Below are positions 17,030 to 25,408 of a stretch of 25,968 nt of DNA, one piece after another; position 1 is the first letter of the stretch; each line of letters starts with the position of its first letter. Both the position numbers and the translations under genes were made by a program. The DNA lies in IMG/VR virus record IMGVR_UViG_3300046779_000479, positions 1 to 25,968 of that record, one strand, 5' to 3'. The stretch comes from a virus. Taxonomy: Duplodnaviria; Caudoviricetes. A model generated the notes under the pieces. That model was given only the letters and a program-made list of their open reading frames with translations, made no database searches and was not told where the DNA came from.

Positions 17030-17872
17030 GTTATTCTCCTCCTGTATATTGTTTTCTACAATTGACTCATTGTTGTCAATCGCTGTATTTTCAGATTCTT
17101 CATCTGAATTCTTTTGAACGTGATTAGATTCGGACTCATCTAGTCCGATAAACTTTGTTAATAGGCTCTTAATTGTCATTGCCTTCTCTGTATCCTTTGT
17201 CTCAACAAATCCAATATTGTTCATATCAGAATTACAAGCTGGACATCCTGCATCTTCTCCAGAAGCTAATCTAATGATATCATCTGTTTCACACCAATAT
17301 ACATTTTCAACATCTGTCTTAGTAATTATACCACTGATTTCATTATTTCCATTTACCTTTTGAATCGAAACAATACTAGCAAATTGGTTTGCAGGATTAT
17401 CTACAAGTGATAGTTCATGTAATTCATATTCTTTCACTAAACGGATATTCTTATCCATTTGAGAATCGTACATGTCTTCAGAATCTTTAATTACTCCTCC
17501 GATTGAAAAACCCGAAAGAGTACCGTCAAGTACTTTTTCCCAAGTATCTTGAGCACCCTTGGAAACATAAGCATCAACGTAAACACCGTTATAAAACTTT
17601 TCAGACTCTTTATCAAAGAACTTTTCCTGCCTAAAATTAACCATCTTGCCAACTGCAACTGGCTGATGCATTTCTCTAATGTTACCTTTAAACTTTTCAA
17701 AAGCCTTAACACTTACTTCGCTAGGAACAATGTCTGACTGTTTATCCACATTGTCAAGCGTTGCGAAACCAGAAACGATTCTACGTTCCTTATCAACTTT
17801 GGCGATTGGCATAGATAGCTTGACATTGTTGTCATTATCTGATACCCAATAAGCCTTACTTAAAGGTGTCAT
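16487..17872 (-). CDS. Prohead protease (HK97-type) fused to a C-terminal acidic/coiled-coil scaffold, 461 aa
   Basis: R.VSGFA..D.VD..SD, REMH (His), GFSIGG (Ser) and ELSLVD.PAN motifs. The C-terminal third is Glu/Ala-rich and then coiled coil. It lies between portal and capsid. Confidence 0.92.
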   Translation of the reverse strand: MTPLSKAYWVSDNDNNVKLSMPIAKVDKERRIVSGFATLDNVDKQSDIVPSEVSVKAFEKFKGNIREMHQPVAVGKMVNFRQEKFFDKESEKFYNGVYVDAYVSKGAQDTWEKVLDGTLSGFSIGGVIKDSEDMYDSQMDKNIRLVKEYELHELSLVDNPANQFASIVSIQKVNGNNEISGIITKTDVENVYWCETDDIIRLASGEDAGCPACNSDMNNIGFVETKDTEKAMTIKSLLTKFIGLDESESNHVQKNSDEESENTAIDNNESIVENNIQEENNMSEENTTDVVEEAPATEAPVEEVAEVEAPAEETVEKSVDAVDAVEETVEKSADPEEAPAEEASDEVEVEKSVAIESTDSELSKAVDEIKVSVTEAVSELVSTIKSLNDEIADLKKGVTSATEEIAEVKGNLDEFGKRVDGLEDETAVRKSGDLGGVVQEKTIRKGSMWGGRFLNSADLYH

Positions 17873-17903
17873 CTTATTCCTATTATATATTATATTTTAT
17901 ACA

Positions 17904-17912
17904 ATTTTATCA
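17904..17912 (-). promoter_or_regulatory. Extended -10 promoter element (TGATAAAAT) for protease-capsid
   Basis: Matches the TGnTAnAAT family. It lies in a very AT-rich 60-bp gap that also has other TATAAT-like hexamers, so the exact element is uncertain. Confidence 0.55.
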
Positions 17913-17932
17913 TATTGTTACAATATATATTT

Positions 17933-19492
17933 TTATTGTTGTACTCTTCCTTCTCCACCAGGATTTCTTCCTGTTGCTGTAGAAGTTGAGTCTGTTGCAT
18001 TATTTGTTCTTTCTTGATCTCTTTGCCTTGTACCTGCCATTTGAGCATTTTGTTCTGCACGTTGTTGAGGGGTCATTACTGAAGGATTATTGCCTTCAGG
18101 AATTATTGGTAGTCCAAGTCTTGGTCTGATATCATTAGGAACAACAACCTGTGCTCTTAAATATCTTTCATCAATTTGGCTTTGAGTATTTTCATCTGTA
18201 AGCGTTAGTTCATTAAACTTAAATACAAGAATATCTGTTTTTTCTTTAATAATCTTATTAATTGTTTTTTCAAGATTTCTTTGTGCTGGTCTTGCAACCT
18301 GTTCTTTAAATGTACGATCAGATGCTAATGCAGCAGCAATAGACATGCCATCAGAAGAGCCAACCTTTGAAATTGGAACTTGATGAGCCATAAGCATATC
18401 GCTAACATTTGATTTATGATACTTGTCAAAAGAACCTTCTTGAACTCCATTTTCAATTGGCTCCATATTGAACTCAATCTTATTATCTGGTGTATCGCCA
18501 GGAAGTGGGATATAAAGTGTTCTATGACTTTGACCACGAAGACCTGACTGAAGGAATCTAAACAACTTGTCTTCAGCATCACTAGATAGTTTTGCACCCT
18601 TTAAAGTAACAATATATCTTGGAACAGCTTTATTTTCAAAATAATCAATATTATACTTTGCAGCAAGTTGATCTCCAACCATAGAGGTTGCTGCTGAAAC
18701 AATATCTGGAACTCCATAATATGTATTTTTTGGAGTGTACTTCTTGATATGAATAATTTCGTTTGGACGTGTATCTGTTGTTACTGGATTTGGTGTCTTG
18801 TCATCTTGAAAATTTCTAAAGTAAACTACTTTTTGATTTACAATTTGAATATATCCATCACGCATTCTTCTTACACGGATAGTTGTAGCAGGAATATGAC
18901 CAATATACCCAATTTCTCCATTTATTTTTCTGCCAACTTCTATGTATCCATTTCCAGTTGCTTCGTAATCAGTAAAGGCTTTTTCAACTACATGTGTGAA
19001 TGTATCTTCATCATTTAATTCTTCAAGCCATTCAGCAAGTGTTGCTTTAGCTCTTTCAACTTTTCTCATTGCTCTAATACGTTGAGAATCATCTTCAATT
19101 TCTTCAATTCTTCCCTTAACGTCTTCAGACATGTTGAAGTGATATCCAAGACCAACTGTATTTGCTACTTTTGCATTAATTGCTGAGTGATTTGGAAAAG
19201 ACGTATCGTAAAAGTTTGCCAATTCATCAAGGTTGTATGGTGGAACAACAACGTCAAAAAGACCATAGGCTGTTGTTACATCTTGTTCTGGAAAAAGCTG
19301 TTTTGACTTTGCATCATCTTGACCCATATAAGCCTTGTTCATTCTAGAAATTCTTCTCTTGAAATTAGGGTCTATTCCACCAAAGGACTTAACCATGTCA
19401 AGTTCTGCAGTGAATGCATCAAACTTTTCAACCACCTGCTTATTCTTGTCTGGATTATCAATTCTAGCAATTGCCGTATTAGTCGTCTCCAT
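17933..19492 (-). CDS. Portal protein (PBSX/HK97-like family), 519 aa
   Basis: PPY.L..LA, D..ATGNGYIEV.R...GEI..I.HIP...IR, EIIHIK...P....YGVP and N.DYF.N.A.P motifs are typical of portal proteins. It precedes the protease. Confidence 0.95.
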   Translation of the reverse strand: METTNTAIARIDNPDKNKQVVEKFDAFTAELDMVKSFGGIDPNFKRRISRMNKAYMGQDDAKSKQLFPEQDVTTAYGLFDVVVPPYNLDELANFYDTSFPNHSAINAKVANTVGLGYHFNMSEDVKGRIEEIEDDSQRIRAMRKVERAKATLAEWLEELNDEDTFTHVVEKAFTDYEATGNGYIEVGRKINGEIGYIGHIPATTIRVRRMRDGYIQIVNQKVVYFRNFQDDKTPNPVTTDTRPNEIIHIKKYTPKNTYYGVPDIVSAATSMVGDQLAAKYNIDYFENKAVPRYIVTLKGAKLSSDAEDKLFRFLQSGLRGQSHRTLYIPLPGDTPDNKIEFNMEPIENGVQEGSFDKYHKSNVSDMLMAHQVPISKVGSSDGMSIAAALASDRTFKEQVARPAQRNLEKTINKIIKEKTDILVFKFNELTLTDENTQSQIDERYLRAQVVVPNDIRPRLGLPIIPEGNNPSVMTPQQRAEQNAQMAGTRQRDQERTNNATDSTSTATGRNPGGEGRVQQ

Positions 19493-19850
19493 GTGCTGCT
19501 AACCCCTTTGCTGCATCAGCCCAAGCACCTGTATCAAATTCAGATGCGATATATCCTTGTTTCATTCTATCTACTTGAACAGAATGCTCTTCATCACTAA
19601 TTCTTGTGACCCCTGCCATAAACACTGCTGTTCCTGGACCTGCACCATAGTATGCTGCTGCTTCCGTAATTCTTTTAATTGCATCTAGATCATACTTTCT
19701 AGCAGGAATATTCATAAAGTTTCCTTCTCCATCGCCAAAAATACCACCAGATTCTTTTCTCCACACATATAAGCCATACTCTGCGTCTGGCTCTATTACT
19801 TTTACTCTTGGCTTATTTGGCAGTTTTGATATATAATTCTCTAATTCCAT
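19479..19850 (-). CDS. Hypothetical protein, 123 aa, overlapping the portal start
   Basis: Fills the gap between two large genes, has its own promoter element and overlaps the portal by 14 nt. No family recognised. Confidence 0.8.
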   Translation of the reverse strand: MELENYISKLPNKPRVKVIEPDAEYGLYVWRKESGGIFGDGEGNFMNIPARKYDLDAIKRITEAAAYYGAGPGTAVFMAGVTRISDEEHSVQVDRMKQGYIASEFDTGAWADAAKGLAAHGDD

Positions 19851-19856
19851 GAACCT

Positions 19857-19865
19857 ATTGTACCA
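19857..19865 (-). promoter_or_regulatory. Extended -10 promoter element (TGGTACAAT), probably giving a leaderless mRNA
   Basis: TGGTACAAT-AGGTTC-ATG: only 6 nt separate the hexamer and the start codon. Confidence 0.65.
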
Positions 19866-19867
19866 TA

Positions 19868-22800
19868 TTAAATAGGAGTCTGCTCAAAATTGGTCCATGT
19901 TACGCCATTTAACACTCTATAACTGTCAAAATTGACATTTAACTGTGTATCATCGACAACAATGGTGGAGGATATTCCAGAATATGAATTAAAAATTAAA
20001 GATATATCAAATGACTTTTGTTCTTGTCCAAGTAGTTCTTCATTTAAAACTTGAAGCCAAAGGGTTGACCCAGATGCCCACGCATCCCATTCATAAGGTA
20101 TTCCAGTTATAAGACCATCTTCATCTACTGCTGAATAAATATTCAACCATTCATTGGCAGAAAGGAACTGTGATGAGATTGTGTTCATTTGCTTAAATGT
20201 TCCTACGTTGTTTACACAAAGTCCTTGATAAATTTCTAACTGACCTAAGTTTCCTCCAAGATTTATATTCTCTTGTTCAAACGATATACCAATATGATGC
20301 CAATATTCTGGTTTAATAATCAATTCTGAAACTAGCTTTCCATCAATAAAGTATTTAAAGCCAGTCTTTTCATATCTTGTATTTGAATCAAATACCTTTA
20401 TAAAAGCTCTTTTTCCATTAGACTCTGGAACTAGAGTTATGTCATATGAATATGCTGGAGTTATAATTCTTCCAATTATTCTTCTTTCAAAGAATTCATC
20501 ATCTCCGTTATAAAGCATAAACATCTGAATTCCAGTAAAAATAAAATCTTCTTTTAGCTCTGGATTTAATGGAAGAGATATTCCCTTTACTAACGATCCA
20601 TCAGAATCTGGGATATTTGTAAATCCTGAATCTTTTGTCAAATATAGATATGGAGCAGACTCATTATTAATTAAGGTTGGGACATTTCTTTCATATACAT
20701 ACTGATCTTCAACTTTTGCAATAGGATATACCTTTGCTGATGTTGGAGTTGTTATTGCATAAAAGCTTTCATTGTCAAATGCTGAAGATGCCAAAGACAT
20801 TCTTTTTATATTTATATTCTCTGTATTTATACCTTTAGACTTTAACAAAATATGTACAGTTATAAAGTAGTCATTAAAGTCATATACTCCCTTTGGTGGA
20901 AAAATTACTGTTCCATCAAAAACCTTGTACTTTGTGTTAGACATTGTTGACAATGCATCATTTAAGTTAATTATTCTTTCTGACTCTACAATTTCTGTAT
21001 TTACATAATCTGTAAAAGGAGTTTTTCCAACATTTGTTTTTGTGTGCAACGTTATGTAGCAACTTGCAGATGTATTTCTTCCATAGTCTAAGGCATCATC
21101 GGTGTTTGCTGTATAAAGTGTTGATGGAATATCTACATTAAACTGTATTAAATCTAAGTCATAATAATCATCTCCATTCTCATCCTTCATTTTTCTACTA
21201 AAGAATGAAAGTGGAATAGAGTCTTCCCAATATCCAGAAGTAGCTATGTCTAAGTAAACAGTTCTATTGCTTATTTTTGGCAACAAGGTATATGCACCAA
21301 TATAGTCAAGCATGTCTACTTCAGTTAGCGTCTTATTTATAACCCCATTTGAATTAAAAGAATTTGACAAATCTTTGTTTAACAAGAATCTATCGTTTAA
21401 AGTTACAGAAAACATTTTTCCAGAAAATCTTGACGAGTTATCCCCAAGTATGCTTAGTGAAACGTTTGCTGGTGATTTAAAGAAGTTGCCAATTGTTGAA
21501 CTGTATTTTTCAGAAAATATATCTATATCTATTCCTGCACAAAACTGCTCATTTGCAGATATTGTTTTTGACTCTAATATAGAGTCGTTATATATATACT
21601 GAAGACTACCAGAAGAGATAGAGATGTCTAATACATCTCCAGTTAAATTATTACTAAAATATAATATTGACTGATTTGATGCAACAGATGCAGATGTTTC
21701 AAATACACCATGAATACTTTTAACTGTAGAAGAAATCTGATTTAAATCTGACAAGTATAGCGAAGCATAAGAACTATTTTGGTCTTCTGTAACATAAAGC
21801 TTATAAAAAGGAGGATAGTTTTGCAAATCTTGCACAGTATATAAATCTTCTTCAAGGGTGCTAAATATTATATCTTGATCTGTTTGAGTAACTGTTGTAT
21901 CAAAAGTGTATTTTAATCTTGGAAGATCATATTTTGGAGTTGTTATTCCATAAGATGATACATCTAAATTATTGTGATATCCGCCATTCCATTGATTTCT
22001 ATCTGGATAACTGACAGTAGAATTATAACCAGCAAAAGGGAAGTCAAGGTAGGCTATGTCTCCACCAAATCTTTTAACAATTAAGTCTTGCTCTTCAACA
22101 CCCTGACCATATACATATCTAAATTTTGCCTGTTGTTCAGACATAATGTATGGAAATATAGATACGCAGTCAATTTCAAATGGCTCTGTATCTACACTTC
22201 CAAAGAAACCTAAGTAGTCCTTTGTCTTATCTGGAAAATCTATAGAAGATAAAGAATCTACTGGTATAGATATTACTTTTTCTGCATTTATCATTAATGC
22301 AACTTCATTTTCACTCTGATAAAAGTGAACTAGCATTGGTCTATACCATTGACCAACAAAGTATGATTTAACATACTTATCTACTTTAACTGTAATAAAA
22401 TCTGTATTTACATAGATTCCATCATCTGATGCAAGTGGACCAAATATTTTAGTTTCCTCAACAGACTCATTATTTATTCTCATCCAAAATTCTGTAGTTA
22501 TTGATTTGTATTTTCCAAAATCATTTAAAAATCCTTTTCCTGGAAAAAATATAGATGGCATTGTTACAGAAGAAGACACTGGAAGAATATTTATATTTCC
22601 CTTAGAACCATATACCATTGGAATACCTGAGCTTTCAATTAATAGCTCATTATTATACTCAATTGCATAACCAACATCTGAATCATCATAACCGTATGGA
22701 TCAATAGGTAAGTATTTAATATTTCCAACATTTGATATTACTGATGCAGAAACAATCTCTGCTGGTATATTTTCAGCAATAGCTCCAGAATTAATTCCAT

Positions 22801-23401
22801 TGAATGGCTCTGACCATTGTCCAAATGACACACTTGAAAAGTATAGAGATGAAGAGTCTTCTCCTTGTGAAACTGAGTCTGTAAATGTAACTTTTATTTC
22901 AAAACTTATATCATCTTCTGAATTTAAATACATTGTGTGACTAATCTTATGCCATCTGTCTGGCAATAAATCTCTATAAACTGTATACTCGTATGGAAGT
23001 GGATGTCCTAGTCCTATTTCAATTTTAGAAACTGGAGTTTCTGATGGGATATATACATATGTGCTTACAGTAACGCTATCTTTAGTTGTATCAATATATG
23101 AATATGGTATTGCATACTGCTCGTTTATAGCAAAAGCTTTAATAGAGTCATTTTGTAAATAAAATTTTGAATATAGCCCATCTCCAGTATCAATAGGTTC
23201 TGCTACTGGCAAGGAATATGCTGATGCACTAACCAAAACAGCATTATCATACTTCCAAGGATTACCATGACCACCGCCAAGAGTCTTAGCTGATTGAGGA
23301 ATTAAAGATCTAAAGTGATAGTCTTCATCCATAGACCACAAGGCTAAAGGGTGTTCAGCAAATATTCTTGAAGCATATAGACTAGATTTTTTATAAGACA
23401 T
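19868..23401 (-). CDS. Large beta-rich protein with LamG/concanavalin A-like lectin signatures, 1177 aa; probably a virion or adhesion protein
   Basis: N-terminal Y...I.AEHP.ALW.MDE motif as in phage LamG-domain proteins. TTEFWMRIN...IFG and FIDGK...WHHIGISF resemble LamG strands, and VSTYVYIP...RWHKISHT resembles a CBM-like jelly roll. Confidence 0.6.
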   Translation of the reverse strand: MSYKKSSLYASRIFAEHPLALWSMDEDYHFRSLIPQSAKTLGGGHGNPWKYDNAVLVSASAYSLPVAEPIDTGDGLYSKFYLQNDSIKAFAINEQYAIPYSYIDTTKDSVTVSTYVYIPSETPVSKIEIGLGHPLPYEYTVYRDLLPDRWHKISHTMYLNSEDDISFEIKVTFTDSVSQGEDSSSLYFSSVSFGQWSEPFNGINSGAIAENIPAEIVSASVISNVGNIKYLPIDPYGYDDSDVGYAIEYNNELLIESSGIPMVYGSKGNINILPVSSSVTMPSIFFPGKGFLNDFGKYKSITTEFWMRINNESVEETKIFGPLASDDGIYVNTDFITVKVDKYVKSYFVGQWYRPMLVHFYQSENEVALMINAEKVISIPVDSLSSIDFPDKTKDYLGFFGSVDTEPFEIDCVSIFPYIMSEQQAKFRYVYGQGVEEQDLIVKRFGGDIAYLDFPFAGYNSTVSYPDRNQWNGGYHNNLDVSSYGITTPKYDLPRLKYTFDTTVTQTDQDIIFSTLEEDLYTVQDLQNYPPFYKLYVTEDQNSSYASLYLSDLNQISSTVKSIHGVFETSASVASNQSILYFSNNLTGDVLDISISSGSLQYIYNDSILESKTISANEQFCAGIDIDIFSEKYSSTIGNFFKSPANVSLSILGDNSSRFSGKMFSVTLNDRFLLNKDLSNSFNSNGVINKTLTEVDMLDYIGAYTLLPKISNRTVYLDIATSGYWEDSIPLSFFSRKMKDENGDDYYDLDLIQFNVDIPSTLYTANTDDALDYGRNTSASCYITLHTKTNVGKTPFTDYVNTEIVESERIINLNDALSTMSNTKYKVFDGTVIFPPKGVYDFNDYFITVHILLKSKGINTENINIKRMSLASSAFDNESFYAITTPTSAKVYPIAKVEDQYVYERNVPTLINNESAPYLYLTKDSGFTNIPDSDGSLVKGISLPLNPELKEDFIFTGIQMFMLYNGDDEFFERRIIGRIITPAYSYDITLVPESNGKRAFIKVFDSNTRYEKTGFKYFIDGKLVSELIIKPEYWHHIGISFEQENINLGGNLGQLEIYQGLCVNNVGTFKQMNTISSQFLSANEWLNIYSAVDEDGLITGIPYEWDAWASGSTLWLQVLNEELLGQEQKSFDISLIFNSYSGISSTIVVDDTQLNVNFDSYRVLNGVTWTNFEQTPI

Positions 23402-23417
23402 TGAGTACCTCTAGTCT

Positions 23418-23426
23418 ATTTTATCA
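23418..23426 (-). promoter_or_regulatory. Extended -10 promoter element (TGATAAAAT) inside a 9-bp inverted repeat (23413-23436)
   Basis: The minus strand reads AGTCTATTT-ATGATA-AAATAGACT-AGAGGTACTCAATG. Confidence 0.7.
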
Positions 23427-23438
23427 TAAATAGACTTT

Positions 23439-25382
23439 TTAGTTACTTGAAATATCTACAATTTCACAGTATCCTGCTACACAGGAAAGCTCTTGACTTC
23501 CAGTAGTTCCATCAGTAGTTTCATATAAAGATAACATGTCCCAACGAATTGAATCTGGCATTTTCTTCATCCATTCTTCATACTCATCTTTTGATATTTC
23601 TTGATATGGAGCCTGTTTGTAAGAGTGCTCTACTGCTGGAAGAAATGAAACGCCTCCAATTGAGTCAAAATTATCATACACCCATGCACCTACACGCATC
23701 CATTCATCTTCCTGTACGTTCACAGTAACGCTAGGATTGTGTTCTGTCCAATGTGTTCGATATGTCTTCCACATTTCAAGGTGATCAATAGCAGTTAGAT
23801 CTTTTGTAAGTACTGCATTCTTTGGAGCCTTTACTGGGAAATAAAATACAGTAGTTACTTCTGGCTTCATTACATCTGGCTCAAAAGGAATTCCAGAGTC
23901 TTTTAAGAATTGTGTAAGTGGATCTTTATTATCTGCTCTAACACTTCTTAAATAATATTCTGAATACCATGGGTGAATTCCAGAGGATACTCCAGTAAGC
24001 TGTGAGACAGTTCCTGATGGCTTTACACAAGTAATTGCTACAGAAGGATTAATTCCTAAACTTTTAGCCTCATTCTTATTTGTTAAAACTGACAACTCTC
24101 TCATATCTGTTAATATGTCTACAAGGTTTGAATTATTTGTAGCGGTTAGCTTATTTCCAAAGATACCAGTTAATGAAACACCAAGAAGTCTTTCTTCTTC
24201 GCAGTTATCTTTCCATGACTTTCTAATATACTTAAAGTTTGTCAAAGTTGATTGCCATGTTCCAAGTATGGTTGCAAGACGAACCTTCTCAAGAAGCTGC
24301 TCCCTTGTGTCACTCGCCTCAATAACTACTTCTGTAAGATTACAGAATTCGTTTGGACGAAGTAAAATTTCTCCACAAGGGTTTGTTCCACCTACAAGGC
24401 TAGAGTCTCTACGACCAAACTTATCAATATGCTTACGAACAGAATCCATATTATAAATTCCACGCTCACCAGACTTTGATTCGTAAAGGTTACGCCATTC
24501 ACGAAGGAATTGTGCCGTATTTGGCTTTGAGTTGTATACAGCAGAATTATTTGCAAGTGCTCTCTGAGCATTACCTTCCCACCACTGACCTGATTTAGCT
24601 TTTGCCATTTCAAAATCATCAAGATTAGAGAGTGAAATTAGTGCACTTCTACGAACTCCACCAACAACTACAACTTCTCCAACCTTACACATTATGTCAT
24701 GAGCTTCTATAGACTTTAGTCTGCGACCAGAGGCTGACTTAAATGTTTCAATTGTAAAATTAAAAAGATCAACTAGTGGCTCAGGACCTGATGCACGACC
24801 ACCAAATGTTTTTAGTCTAGCACCTGCAGGACGTACTTTTGATGTGTCCCAGTTTGGAACTTGACCCTGATATAAAAGTGCAATAAGTTCTTTATAAGCT
24901 TTTGCCCACCCTAGTTTTGAATCATCAACAACAATAGTAGTATCTGTTGGATGAAATTCTTCTGAAATTATTGGAAGCTGGTTGATGTATTTTTGCTCAA
25001 CACTAAATCCAACACCAGTTCCATTCATAAGAATATACATAGCCTCATCAAAGGCTCTAGGGCTATCTACAGCAATAAAAGAACAATTGTATGCTGCAAT
25101 ATGGTCTCTTTCTAAAGCAGGACCAGCAGTCATCAGTGCCCTCATTGAAGGCATAATTTTATGATTTAGGATAGCGTCTCTTACTTCATCAAACACCTTT
25201 GCATTTGGACTATATCCATGATTAAGAACCAGATGATCCTTCATAAAATTTGAGTAACGATCTACTGTTTCTTCCCAAGTTTCTCTGCGATTTTCACTTT
25301 CGATCCAACGAGCATACCTTGAGGTATGAATAAAGTTACGGTATGAATCTGTAATAGATCCGTTTGAGTCAATAAAAGACAT
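23439..25382 (-). CDS. nrdJ: Class II adenosylcobalamin-dependent ribonucleotide reductase (monomeric RTPR-like)
   Basis: PSMRALM, YNCSF, LMNGTGVGFS, VVVGGVRRSA, TNPCGEI (thiyl Cys), FCNL, TCVKPSGTVS and a C-terminal CVAGYC pair. No nrdB-like gene is adjacent. The ATG at 25382 is preferred over the GTG at 25391 on SD spacing. Confidence 0.93.
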   Translation of the reverse strand: MSFIDSNGSITDSYRNFIHTSRYARWIESENRRETWEETVDRYSNFMKDHLVLNHGYSPNAKVFDEVRDAILNHKIMPSMRALMTAGPALERDHIAAYNCSFIAVDSPRAFDEAMYILMNGTGVGFSVEQKYINQLPIISEEFHPTDTTIVVDDSKLGWAKAYKELIALLYQGQVPNWDTSKVRPAGARLKTFGGRASGPEPLVDLFNFTIETFKSASGRRLKSIEAHDIMCKVGEVVVVGGVRRSALISLSNLDDFEMAKAKSGQWWEGNAQRALANNSAVYNSKPNTAQFLREWRNLYESKSGERGIYNMDSVRKHIDKFGRRDSSLVGGTNPCGEILLRPNEFCNLTEVVIEASDTREQLLEKVRLATILGTWQSTLTNFKYIRKSWKDNCEEERLLGVSLTGIFGNKLTATNNSNLVDILTDMRELSVLTNKNEAKSLGINPSVAITCVKPSGTVSQLTGVSSGIHPWYSEYYLRSVRADNKDPLTQFLKDSGIPFEPDVMKPEVTTVFYFPVKAPKNAVLTKDLTAIDHLEMWKTYRTHWTEHNPSVTVNVQEDEWMRVGAWVYDNFDSIGGVSFLPAVEHSYKQAPYQEISKDEYEEWMKKMPDSIRWDMLSLYETTDGTTGSQELSCVAGYCEIVDISSN

Positions 25383-25399
25383 TTTTAACACTTTCCTTC

Positions 25400-25408
25400 T
25401 GATAAAAT
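25400..25408 (+). promoter_or_regulatory. Extended -10 promoter element (TGATAAAAT) for the plus-strand zinc-ribbon gene
   Basis: TGATAAAATAGA is identical to the first 12 nt of the 23426 element and points toward the ORF at 25449. Confidence 0.6.

Noticed and set aside
16584-17117. 177-aa Ser/Thr-rich plus-strand ORF
   Set aside because: It is the antisense mirror of the Glu/Ala/Val-rich scaffold (GAA read as TTC/TCA-type codons) and is a low-complexity artefact.
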